NCBI RefSeq assembly: GCF_009914755.1
Contig: NC_060930.1
Direction: 5' to 3' (one strand)
Length of the DNA stretch: 64,000 nucleotides
Origin: the human T2T-CHM13v2.0 reference genome, Homo sapiens
In this document: one piece after another, positions 1 through 12,416 of the stretch
How the letters are laid out: each line of letters opens with the position of its first letter
Position numbering within the stretch: position 1 is the first letter of the stretch
Position numbers and translations under genes: made by a program
The notes under the pieces: model-generated
Database searches by the model: none
Seen by the model: only the letters and a program-made list of their open reading frames with translations
Told to the model about the DNA's origin: nothing

Positions 1-637
1 CTCCTCTTTGGTCCTTTCATTTCCAACCAGCACGTCTCTTTTGCTGAGCCCAGCCAGCAGCCAGAGGACCAGGGTGTGGACGATGTAGTCCATAAAGGTC
101 AGCCTTCAAGGAAATAGAAACAGTGAAGAAGAGCAGAGAGGGTTCCCAGCAGAGGCGGGAGCTGGGGGGAGAGCCTGTGGCATCAGATCTCTCCCAAGAG
201 TAAGCCGAAACTCAGGGCTCCTGGGAGGTCCTCTAGGGCTGAGGCAAACTGAAAGAAACAGGTGTAGCTTTAGGGCCAAGGAATGGGTTGAAGAAGCCTA
301 AGGTGAGGAACCAGGTGGCAAAGTTGGAGACCAGCTGGAACAACTGAAGAACAAAGAGAGGGAGGGAGACATGTGGCCTCCAGGGTCAGGGCAGGCCTCC
401 ATCCTGCCCCCGTGCTCCATTCTAGGACAAATCTCAAAGTTACCAAGCTTCGGTCCCAGGGCCTCTTTGAAACTGGTTTTAACGCTAAGTAGGATATAGG
501 GTCCCTGGCAGGCTCTTCCCAGGCAAACCATGACTATACACAATTCAAGGCCATGGTAAAGTAATGGTGAGTATATATTTTCACAGGCCACAGAGTAAAA
601 TGAACACAAAAATTTGTTTTTAAAAATGTTTACCTCT

Positions 638-797
638 GCCAGGTGCAGTGGCTCACACCTGTAATCTTGGCGGCATGGGAGGCTGAAGCAGGAGGATCAC
701 TTGAGCTCAGGAGTTGGAGGCTGCCTTGAGCTACAGTTGTGCCACTGCCATCCAGCCTGGGTTACAGAGACAGACTCCAAGTCTAGGGGAAAAAAAG
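638..797 (+). mobile_element. Monomeric Alu (FRAM/FAM-like)
   Basis: Single diverged Alu arm with short A-tail. Confidence 0.8.
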
Positions 798-1565
798 TTT
801 AACTTGATCATTTCTAGGTAAAGGCAATACTTTTCAGATTTAAAATTCTATCATTTCAGATTTTCTGTCATTTCAAATGTTGTCTTTCAGATTTGAAAAG
901 AGGATTTGTCTCCTCTTTTCCCTCAGAGTAGCATCTAAGCTTCTGACAGAGCAATGTGAAATCTGGGAGGCTTCCTCTGGGCACTTTGGAGATGGTCTAG
1001 GGCTGGCTGTCATCGACTGAAATATGCAGTGACATCTGGTCCCTGGGTGTGGACACCCACGCTGGCTCTTGGTAGGTTGTTTAAAACCTGTCCGTTGCTA
1101 GGCCCTTTCCACTCTTTGTTCCTTGGATGGTATTTTGGGTTTTCCTAAGCAGGGTGTGCAACTATCATCCAGGTTTGTCTCCCGTACCATTATGCAGAGT
1201 GTTTCTCCATGATTTGCTTTGTCTTATGTCAACCAGATGTGAAATGAAGCCAAGTTAGCCTCTATTGTTCAGCCCCTACACTTGATAACACAGGGTTCTG
1301 TCATCCATCCCTTCCACTCTACCATAAACTCACACCAGCTTCCCCATCTCAGAGGCTCTTCCCTGGCCTGTGGAGAATAGATGTAGTGGTAGAGGGGCCA
1401 TGAGAACTCACTCAGAAAATATTCTTGCCAAATCTTCATTCTAACATCTAGACTGCAGCTTTCTTAAGGTTAAAAGCCAGAAATTAGACATGGTTGTTTT
1501 TCATTTGATCCATATAGTAAACACAGAGGGTGATTGAGTTGAAGGCTGGTTGCATGGAATGTGTA

Positions 1566-1900
1566 CAGTCATCTCCCAACACCCCGGCAGACGCCTGAAA
1601 CCACTGACAGCACCTAACCCTACATAAACCATGTATTTTCCATCTGTCAACAAATTGGCTAAGTGACTACCTGGGAGGTAGCATAGACAGCACAGATATG
1701 CTGGACAAAGGGATGATTCACATCCCAGGCTGGACTGGGCAGGATGGCAGAAGATTTCATCATGCTATTTGGAATGGCACACAGTTTAAAGCAAATAAAT
1801 GGTTTATTTCTGGAATTTTCCATTAATGTTTTCAGACTGCTGTTGACCACAGGTAACTGAAATCATGGAAAGAGAAACTGCAGATAAGGGAGGACTACTC
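1566..1900 (-). mobile_element. MER44-like (Tigger7-derived) non-autonomous DNA transposon
   Basis: Ends CAGTCATCTCCC... and ...GATAAGGGAGGACTACTC with TA on both sides; internal sequence resembles the MER44 consensus. Confidence 0.8.
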
Positions 1901-2442
1901 TATGTGGTGGGGGAACATATACATAAGAGATGACATTGTGAAGTAGGTAAAATTGGTTTTAAAATCTTTAATACTCTATTTTTCAACTTCCACATCTTAG
2001 TATTGTGTGTTCCTGTGATTTCTCTATAGCCTTCTTTTTGAAATCTATTTTCAGGAAATCGTCTGATACATACAACCCTAATAAAGTTCGAATGACTTGC
2101 AGCACTTGCATTATTCTTTCTACATGTAATTTGATTTGAAGCAAAAAAATTCTGAGACAAAGGAATAATTTTCTCTAAACTCAGCATCAGTAAGTGGGAC
2201 AGATAACGAGGTTTTGGAGTTAAGGGAGAAGTTGTCCTCGATCATATCATTTAGATCATTATTTGTTTTGCTTTATATTTGCTGATATATTTTTAGATTC
2301 CGAAATGAATTCTAATAGGTAACTTTAAAGGGAAAATTTACCTTTATTGTAATATTATTTTCATCAAATCACTAATATGACAAGAATACAAAATCCTGAA
2401 AATAAGTTCAAATTTTCTAATTTAAAAGAATTGAAAGTGTTT

Positions 2443-2706
2443 ATATATACTCTAATATAGATGCTTTAAATATATAAACTTTTAATATGCTATACAAATA
2501 TACGTATGTATATACATCTTATGCAAATGTACACTTTTAGTAAAAGTATACATGTATATTAAATGTATGTATATATTCTGTATGTTATACATATATACAT
2601 GTATAATATATTGTATAGAATATATGTATTTATGTATATATAACATATACAGTACATAATACATTATACATTAGGTATATAAAATATATATACGCAAATA
2701 TATATT
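2443..2706. repeat. Degenerate (TA)n/(TATG)n AT-rich repeat
   Basis: Visible low-complexity run. Confidence 0.85.
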
Positions 2707-2791
2707 TCCTAATACAAGTTATTGAAAGATATTGGATTTAAGACTATTAAAGCAAACATATCATCTTAAATATCTGCCAAACAGGAGGATC

Positions 2792-3430
<639 letters not shown>

Positions 3431-4785
3431 ATCTAGACTTACCCACTCAGGATTACCAACGCAGACATTGGCTAAGTCTCAGGACTGGAGGTGAAATAGG
3501 GTGAATTAGGCAGGTAAAACCACCATACAAAGAGGCAGAAGGGCACAAGCTTAGGCATTTAATCCATAATAAGAATATGGACCCTCTATTAGTATTTTGC
3601 ACTAAAGAAAAAAAGGCAAATTTGGATTTCTGCTAATATCCTGAGCTTGAAAATCCCTTCCATCTAATTTCCTTGCATCCAGTATGTTTGAATTTAGAAT
3701 GCCAGTTTTATTTCCCTGCTCTTGGTTCTGTTGGTGAAAAAAGGGGAGAGGAGATGCCAATATTTTTATGAGCTGTCAATTTCCATATCTGACCTGCTAG
3801 CATCAAAAAGGTGATAGCAACAATTACAGAATATTACCAATTCTAAATTGAAAGAATGCTGACTCAAAATCAGACGGTCTATCTTCCAATCTCGTATTTG
3901 TTATTAACCACCTGAGTGGCAAAAATTACTGAAACTTTCTGGAGATCAGTTTACTTATTTGTAAAAGAAGGATCTTGAAGATTTTTCTATCCATGTGAAT
4001 GAATTATAGTTCCCCTTATTACAAACATCACTTTACTGAGAAGGCCTAAGGCAAAAATAAACTTTGCCAGAAATGTAGGCAAATTATGGAAGAATATGTC
4101 AAAGTACGGAAAAGACACATTTAAACAGTAAATTCAAGTTTGTATCTTTGTACTTATTTACTAAGTTTTATGGTAACCGAGAATTCAGGATAAATTTGAC
4201 TGCAGTACTTTTTCTTATGTTTATTTTTTCTGGAAGCATCCAAAAGTTAAGCTGGCTACAGGACCTCTGGTTTACAATTCATTTCCTTGAAAGAAAAGAA
4301 GAAATAAACACAATTCTATAAAGTCTGTGAATTAAAACTTTGAACCTGCAGATGGTGCTATGATTCCATTTTCAAATTGTTTTGCTTTGTAGTTTAAATT
4401 CATAAGAGAAAATGCAGTTGTTTGGTTGAGTTTACTTTTATTCAGAGGTAATAAAATTGAATTATTTCTTTTTATTTTATCTTATTATTATTATAATAGA
4501 AGCAATTGTCTTTTGTATTGGGAAAAGCTACTATAGTTACTCTTTGTAAATGCTAAGTGCTTGCCTAGGCCAAATAATGATCAGCTTTACATCTTTTATG
4601 TTTAAAATTTTTCTTCTTATCATTCAGCAGTCATTTGTCTGTGACCCTCAATTAAGTTGCTTTGCTGTTTCTGCTCTTAAATAAAATTGGTTCACTAAGA
4701 ATTGGGTGATGAAGAGCTAAGGATAAAAAAATTCCATATGAGAACTGTTTCAACCTCTAGTTTGTAATAATCAGGTAAAAAAGAT

Positions 4786-4965
4786 TTCCTGGAATTAAGC
4801 CACAGGAACTCTGGCTTAAGTCAGAGCTGTCAACTGGGAAACAAATTTCCAGACATTTTGAAACTTAATTCATTTAATTTTTCTGGTAACTGGATTAGAA
4901 AATATGATTAAGCATAGCAGGATATTCTTTTACTGGATCAGTCTGACTTTGAACGAAGGAAATAG
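4786..4965. promoter_or_regulatory. VIP cytokine response element (CyRE): STAT site, AP-1-like site and Smad boxes
   Basis: TTCCTGGAA at 4786-4794 (about -1330), TAAGTCA at 4817-4823, CAGAC at 4850-4854, GTCTG at 4941-4945. Position agrees with the known CNTF/LIF-responsive element. Confidence 0.8.
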
Positions 4966-6028
4966 ATACTAAAATCTTAAAGTAGAAGAAAGAGGACTGT
5001 AAAGCCATTCTGTCTTATGAAACTTAGAAACAAAATGTAAAAATAATACACATGGCAGAAAGCCTTTAAAATAAAAGGAAAAATGGCATTTTCCTCTGTT
5101 GTTTAGGAAATTTTTCATGTGGCTGCATTTTTACCTTAAACTCTGATTGAATGTGTGCTAGACTACCTTTAGTTACAAATCCACAAATAGAAGTGAAGTA
5201 TTTATCAAAGTACTATATAAATGCTTTTCAACTATTTGAAGCCACCTGTCAAGTGATTGAATCAGAAATGTTCAAAACTGGTTTGAGTATGTGTGTGTGT
5301 TGGGGATGAGGGTAGAAAACTAATTCTACATTATGCAAAGACTTATAAAAGTGATGAGGAAAATCTTTAAAAAGAAAAGACAATTAAATTCCTTGAGGTA
5401 TATAGCCTGACAACAATTTATTTTTTGGATCATTTGACACAGTGTATGTAAAAGTGCATTGGGAATTGTGCCATTTTATACAAATATGAAATAGCACTAC
5501 TTGTACTGCTTTGTACAACAGCGTGCATATCTTACTATCTTAGAGACTTTCTGAAACACTTATCTTGGAATTAGTTTCAACAAAGACGAAATGTAATAAT
5601 AGGAAGGTGAAAATTATCTCTAGAGCTTTTAAAGTTAGGATAGATTTCAAGAAAGATTAAATCTGGAACTATATGAATAGCATAAAAATTAAAAATATTA
5701 AGAGAATTGATACTTTGTAATAAAGTATAATTATACTTTTATAAGCGTAATGAACATAAGTGTTTGTTGCTTTATGCATTTGTTTCTACACATGAAGTCT
5801 TTATTTTCTGAAGGAATCCCAATGGCCCTGGCTATAACACTACAATCATTTTCTTATTTTACAATTAATTAAAGGTTAAAACATTTCACATTGAGCTTGC
5901 TACTTTGTTTGTTTAAAGAAAAGTAAATTTCCTCTTATCTTACATTTTGAAGTTGCTCACTATAAACTTATATAAATTAGGCATAATGACAATTAAGTAA
6001 GAACTTCAAGCCCTATTCATCCCATGGC

Positions 6029-6045
6029 CGTCATACTGTGACGTC
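6029..6045. promoter_or_regulatory. VIP cAMP response element (CGTCAtactgTGACGTC)
   Basis: Two inverted CGTCA half-sites at about -86 to -70; the classic VIP CRE. Confidence 0.93.
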
Positions 6046-6087
6046 TTTCAGAGCACTTTGTGATTGCTCAGTCCTAAGTATAAGCCC

Positions 6088-6094
6088 TATAAAA
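6088..6094 (+). promoter_or_regulatory. TATA box (TATAAAA)
   Basis: Canonical motif ~28 nt upstream of exon 1. Confidence 0.9.
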
Positions 6095-6115
6095 TGATGG
6101 GCTTTGAAATGCTGG

Positions 6116-6280
6116 TCAGGGTAGAGTGAGAAGCACCAGCAGGCAGTAACAGCCAACCCTTAGCCATTGCTAAGGGCAGAGAACTGGTGGAGCCTTTCTC
6201 TTACTCCCAGGACTTCAGCACCTAAGACAGCTCCAAAACAAACCAGAACAGTCAGCTCCGGGGGAGCACGACTGGGCGAG
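6116..6280 (+). other. VIP: VIP exon 1 (non-coding 5'UTR)
   Basis: Starts ~28 nt after TATAAAA, ends at GAG|GTAAGT (donor 6281), and contains no ATG. Confidence 0.9.
6214..6234 (+). promoter_or_regulatory. RE-1/NRSE (REST site) in exon 1
   Basis: TTCAGCACCTAAGACAGCTCC versus consensus TTCAGCACCACGGACAGCGCC (17/21). Confidence 0.8.
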
Positions 6281-7498
6281 GTAAGTGAAAACTTTACCTT
6301 TCCTCTTCTTTTTCCCTCCTGCCTCTGGAACTTTTCTCACAAAATAATGAATTTTTCTCTCTTGAAAAGAATTTGATAGTGCTTTGCTTTTGCAACAGCA
6401 AAAAACAAGTTTCTCAAGTCACCTGGTAAGGATAGAAATACTTCAATTTCTCTCATATGGATAGATTTTCTGAATTCTTTTGTTTGTAAGATGCTTTACC
6501 CTGCTTGCTCTTTTACTGAATACTGATTTTTACAAATAATTCATTCAAGTAAAGTTTACTTGTATGTAGATTTTTGACTGAAAATTTCAGTGGGAACATT
6601 TGCTTTTGAAATTTTCAACTTATTTTTAAAGTGCTTTTTTTTTCCTATTTCGTATGTTGGTTAAGTGAATCTAAGATGCATTTATTTTTTCCTTAAGTTT
6701 AAATTCCATAATTTTTATAGGCAGCAAGAGAAACAGACCTTACTCCTAGGCTTTTAATCTAGAAACTAGAAATGAAATGTGTAAGTTGATTAAATGCAAG
6801 AAATGCAAGCTTTGCTTTTAATATATATTTTCCTCTTATGGAAAAATTTATTTCAATGACAACATATGATTCAGTAATATTCTGAGTATTAATATTCACT
6901 ACTGAGTTAAGAAGTTCAAATCCAGGTGTAAGGAAATAAGTTTCCGTAATATCTACAATTGAAAGAGGAAAAAGTAATGTATATACAAAATCTTTTTTAA
7001 AATTATATGTATATATACACATTATATTTATACATTTGCACACACACGAGCAGAATAATTATTAAATAGATGATACTCTAGTCTTATATTAGTCAGATAC
7101 TGAAATTTTAAAGCAGAAGAAAATCAATGTCTTGAAGCTGTTTCCTTCGTCAAAAAATACACTAAGCTTGAGTGGTACATCCCTGTTATGAAAAGATTGT
7201 CCCCAGGGTTATTTCCAGCACTATAGAAGTATGGCATTCAATAGATACTGGGGCCAACCATGTGCCCAGACAGCAGGTGAAAAGGATTCTAATTTTTATT
7301 CAAGCACCTGTCACTGAGAGAAATACTGATTTTTGAATGTATCATCTTGCAATTTAACTCTTTCTACAAGATGAAAATTACTCTTTACAAACTCTGCAAG
7401 AGCCATTGAAAATTACTGCTAGACAATCAGAATTACCTTGCTGGTGACATCTTTGGCTGGAAGAACTGAGGTGATTCTCTCTCTTTAGAGGCACAGAA

Positions 7499-7605
7499 AT
7501 GGACACCAGAAATAAGGCCCAGCTCCTTGTGCTCCTGACTCTTCTCAGTGTGCTCTTCTCACAGACTTCGGCATGGCCTCTTTACAGGGCACCTTCTGCT
7601 CTCAG
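7499..7605 (+). CDS. VIP: VIP exon 2 coding part: signal peptide region MDTRNKAQLLVLLTLLSVLFSQTSAWPLYRAPSAL(R); exon starts ~7489
   Basis: Acceptor ctctttag at 7481-7488, ATG 7499-7501, hydrophobic signal sequence, donor AG|GTAAGT at 7606. Confidence 0.97.
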
Positions 7606-9486
7606 GTAAGTTCCCTTTCAATTCAAACATCTGAACATTCCTTCCTCATCTAAATGGGAATTTCCTATACATTTTGTTGGACAACTAAATAGTATAAATT
7701 ATGTATTATGTATTTAAATTTTTCCTTGATGTGTTGAGTGAGAGGTGTTTGTCAACATCAGGTCATTCTGAGTCCTGGAATTCACTTTCAGGGCATGAGA
7801 GACACTGTCAGTTATTAGTTTTATGGGCTGAGTGGATCACATTCCCAAACATGGTGAAAGGAGGCTTTCACTTTCTTTTTATTCAAAACCATCTTTAGAT
7901 AAATAATAAGCTTTTATCCATTGTTATCTCAAGTCAGTTCAATTTCTGGTGGAAAAAAGCTGTTTAGTTGCCAACCACATTTGAGTTTATTTTCAAGATT
8001 AATCAGTAAATAATCATAAGACTAGTAGTTGATTAGTGAAACATGTATAAAATCATGTTGCACAGAAATCTATCTAGGCAGAGTCAATTTGCCAATATTA
8101 AATATGGGGTAATTGATCTATTGAGATACACTCCCCCAATAGGAAAATTTTGATATACTTTGTTTGGACCATAAATCCTTAGTTTTATTGTTCTATATGT
8201 TATATTATATATTCCAAATCCATAAAGTATAACACAACTCTTATTTAAAACTTTATTAATGTATGCTAAAGAAGTAAACAATAAATGAAAACTATATTAG
8301 CTTGAATTTTCCTTTCAGTTTACGGGCACCACTGTATCTCCAAAGGAAAAATAATAATTGGGTTGGTTTCCTTCTTTGCTTATTTGGTCATTCTTGATTT
8401 TTTGCTTAAGGTAGACTTATGCTCAACAGAGAGAATAACCTCTTAGCTATTAGTGTTCTCTGTGAAATCTGTTTAAATACAGCTCCTGCGTTGCTTTGAT
8501 AACTAAATAAAATGGTTCTATCTGAATAGTTCTACCACAGCAGATGAACAATCACAAGAATGTGGACATTTGTGTTGATTGCTAAGCTTCAGACCCACAG
8601 AGGACTAGTTGCTAGTGACTCCCAACTCCCAAATCACTGAAAGATACACAAGTGTCCAGGAGCTGACACGCTCCTTGGATGTTTGCCCTAACAGTGAAAA
8701 TCTGCACACACAAAATTATAAGAGTTGCCGGTGATTGAAATATGCATGCATCCATAAATATAGTCATATTCCATATATGCATTTGACTATTCTTAGTCTT
8801 TCAGTGTAACATTGTACATCCCTTATTAAAGTTGTGTTAATACATAAGATTAGAAAAAAGAAGGCCCCATAAAACTTATTGAATTCAAATTCATCTTCAT
8901 AGATGAGCTATCCATCTATGGAGACATTCTTTGAACTCTGTCAATACAGAGAAATATATAATGCCAAAGTAAATATTTGAAGCAAAGCTTGGGGGTCGAG
9001 AGAGAGAGAAGCAGTTAATACTCTGTTCTTCAGAGATGTTTGGAACAGGTAATACTGAACATCACCAAATCCATAAATTGTTATCAGTTCTCATTCAATA
9101 TTAGTTTTTTGCAAGTTTCTATTTTGCATAAAATATTTCTACATACGAAATTTGACTTTGCAAAGTGAAGATATTCTTGGCATAGTAAATTACACCAAAG
9201 AAGTATAGTTTGCTTAATGCTCTGATAAGATTGAATTAAGTAGCTCTTGTGTTTTGTATATCCAGCTTATAAAAGTCATATGGCATCTACTTTATAGGAT
9301 AATAGGAATTTCCTATTTATACTCTCATTAACTATATGAGCCATTAAGTCAAATTATGCTATTCTCATATTATGACTGGGTAATACTTCCCAAGAGTCTA
9401 AGTATCTTATTTTAAATGGTTGCGGAACCATACACACTGTCTTCTGAAAAAAGAATGTATTATTCTCGTGTAACTTTCCCCATCAG

Positions 9487-9609
9487 GTTGGGTGACAGAA
9501 TACCCTTTGAGGGAGCAAATGAACCTGATCAAGTTTCATTAAAAGAAGACATTGACATGTTGCAAAATGCATTAGCTGAAAATGACACACCCTATTATGA
9601 TGTATCCAG
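9487..9609 (+). CDS. VIP: VIP exon 3: N-terminal propeptide LGDRIPFEGANEPDQVSLKEDIDMLQNALAENDTPYYDVS(R)
   Basis: catcag acceptor, AG|GTGAGT donor, 123 nt; matches the C-terminal part of ORF 9416..9613. Confidence 0.97.
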
Positions 9610-10589
9610 GTGAGTTTATTTTTATAAAACTATCCAATGAGTTTTATTTTAGAAAATGTGTTTAAGAACTATAAACGTGCTTATTTTATCTCACCATGAA
9701 GCTATTCCGATAGCAAAACACTAGAGGTTTCTATGTGTCATGGCTTCATTCATCCTGATTTACTGCAGATCTTACAGCTGTACATAATTTTCATACTGAA
9801 AGGTTGTAACAAGCCAGGATGAACACACCATTCACTTCCATTCTGTTGCACATAATTCCAACATCACAGATTGTACCAATTCTGATAAAAGTACAGCATT
9901 TAGCATTCCAATGATGGAAGAGTTGCCAAGGAGTTTTGTCTCTATATAAAGAAAAGATACCTGATAGAGCTGTTCATTCATAGAGCTGTTTGTCTAGAGC
10001 ATCATTTCAAGTACAGACCAAGTAGCTCTATAGTACTTGGTACAGACAAAGTATAAAAGGTGCTTCATTTGAAAGAGAAAAGGTGGGATGATAGGCCTTA
10101 ATGCCTTCTCTATCTTAAGAGATTTTGTTTCCAAATATTTTGGAAAAAGAAAAAAAAAGGTGTACTGGGGTTTATGAACTTTCCAAAATCAGAATATTTT
10201 CCCATTGTGAATGTCTTTATTCAGTGGGGCAGACACAAAGCACCATGTACAAATAGCAGCTAATTTAAATAGATCATATTTTTACACCAATATTTCTTAG
10301 AAAGAAATAGTTATAAAGATTCAACCATGGAGGAATATTGAAATGTGCTCCTAGAAATGCCTGTTTCTTTAATTTTTCAGTGTCTTGGGCTAGAAATATA
10401 GGGTATATCTTGATATAAGTGACTAGAAGATCTCTTTTGTTAGGGTGTTAAGAAATCTCCTTTTGAACTTTAGTTTTAATGAGAAGCTTTCATAATAAGC
10501 CCATAATTTTTTTGTTATTTAATAAGCCATAATAATATTCTAGAAAGCCATTTACAAAATAATAGCTATTTTTTTCTTCCTTGTTTTAG

Positions 10590-10694
10590 AAATGCCAGGC
10601 ATGCTGATGGAGTTTTCACCAGTGACTTCAGTAAACTCTTGGGTCAACTTTCTGCCAAAAAGTACCTTGAGTCTCTTATGGGAAAACGTGTTAG
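10590..10694 (+). CDS. VIP: VIP exon 4: PHM-27 (HADGVFTSDFSKLLGQLSAKKYLESLM, 10600-10680) followed by the GKR amidation/cleavage signal
   Basis: ttgttttag acceptor, AG|GTAAAG donor, 105 nt; direct translation. Confidence 0.98.
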
Positions 10695-11454
10695 GTAAAG
10701 AGAATTTATTATTTTTATAAAATATGTTATCATTATTCAATCTGAATATTGTATTTTCACTCTTAACAAGTTATTTACTTTGTTTGAAATTGAAAACTCG
10801 TTGATAATGTTTAATTTAGTTAAATGAAATAACTTGTATTCTTCAATAACATCTATCAAGCCCATGGACTAAGACTTTTTCATAATATCATATTCATTGA
10901 CTCCAGACACACATTTTTCTCAAGTAGCAATCATTTAGCAATCTGCAATCAAATTGAACAAGACTCAGTAAAACAATCAAAAAGAGATAGTACAGACTGA
11001 GGTAAATTTTAAGGTCAAACAGAATATTCTTTTTACTTCCTGCTCAAATTAAATGGAGAATTCCAAATGGCCAACAGTCAAATATTTAGATGACGTTGCT
11101 CAGGGTAGCATAGCTTCTAAAGAAGTAATTATGTTTTTTTTAAAAAAAAAAAAAATTTCTCCCAATGGCAGAGCACAACTTCAGCTATTCCCAAATTTTT
11201 ATTTTTGGATGAATTATTTGCTCAGCTGTACAGAATGTGTCATAAAACAGTCCCAGGCCATGCCAAAATATGGCAGATGATTCCTTGCTTTCCTTCATCC
11301 TTAGGTTTAGTTGTATTTTTCTTTTAGTCTTTTTATGATAGAAAATTAGTTGGGTGGGAATTGCTTTTTATGTGGCTCCAAGAAACCTGGAACATGTGTG
11401 TATTTATCATTTCTTGTGAAAACTCTTTGATTTCCTTTTCCTCATGTTCCTTAG

Positions 11455-11586
11455 CAGTAACATCTCAGAAGACCCTGTACCAGTCAAACGTCACTCAGAT
11501 GCAGTCTTCACTGACAACTATACCCGCCTTAGAAAACAAATGGCTGTAAAGAAATATTTGAACTCAATTCTGAATGGAAAGAGGAG
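11455..11586 (+). CDS. VIP: VIP exon 5: spacer peptide plus VIP-28 ([28 protein letters not shown], 11492-11575) plus GKR; alternative acceptor at 11458
   Basis: TAG/CAG tandem acceptor at 11452-11457, AG|GTAAAG donor, 132 nt; direct translation. Confidence 0.98.
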
Positions 11587-11694
11587 GTAAAGAAAAAGAG
11601 AACTTGCTAAAATGAGGAATCATGACTGACTTTCAAAATAGAAGCTGCACATGGAGACCTCTCTATCTCACTTATCTAGCTATACTACGTGAAG

Positions 11695-11880
11695 CAGTGA
11701 TTTTCAACCTTGGCTGACATTAGACTACCCCGCAGAACTTTAAAAATACAGATGTCTGGGCCTTCTCCCAAACCAATTGCCAGGAAATCGGTGTCTTCGG
11801 TGGTGTGGCCCTAGACATACATTTCTTTTAAGAGTTCCCCAGTTGACTTTACTATGCTGCCAGTGTTAAAAATGATGACT
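11695..11880. mobile_element. MER5-like element in intron 5
   Basis: cagtgattttcaaccttggctg...ttaaaaatacagatgtctggg pattern. Confidence 0.65.
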
Positions 11881-12416
11881 ATACAGACATCTAGTCTGAA
11901 TCTAAGAGCAAGTTTCATCAAAAGTGATGATTTTTAAAACATGTAAAGCATAGTCAATTGCAATTTGGTAACACATGGAACTCACTTCGTGTGCATATTC
12001 ACTACTGTTATTTAATCAAATTAAACCATTAGGTATTTTGTATATTTAGATTCTGTAAAATCTATATCTCTCTATGGTGTGTAAATATTGGACACAATAC
12101 ATAAACAGTGTAGTGTTCTGTCTTTTTATTCCAATTGTTTTTGTTTAAGTGATGAGTATTAAGGATAATTCTGTTTGGGTGTGATCAGACAAGATGACCT
12201 CTTTGCCCACTAGATGATAATTCTGTGAGAATAATTTTAGAAACTCTAAGATTGATGAATAATTCATAGGTACTAACAAACCTCAAAGATAATTGTTTAG
12301 CCTCCCCATACACTTTCAGAGCACAGAGAACAGCACATTCATTATGTCATAATAGTTTCTTTAGACCCTTTCTCATCTGAGAGCCTTAATATGTACAATG
12401 TTTTTCTGGTCTGCAG

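Noticed and set aside
298-609. 103-aa minus-strand ORF
   Set aside because: Non-ATG start, no homology, no splice context.
7486-7496. Alternative AG acceptors at exon 2
   Set aside because: All lie upstream of the ATG, so only a few 5'UTR bases would change; no evidence of use.
9416-9613. 65-aa ORF as an independent gene
   Set aside because: It is VIP exon 3 plus in-frame intronic sequence, ending at the donor-site stop.
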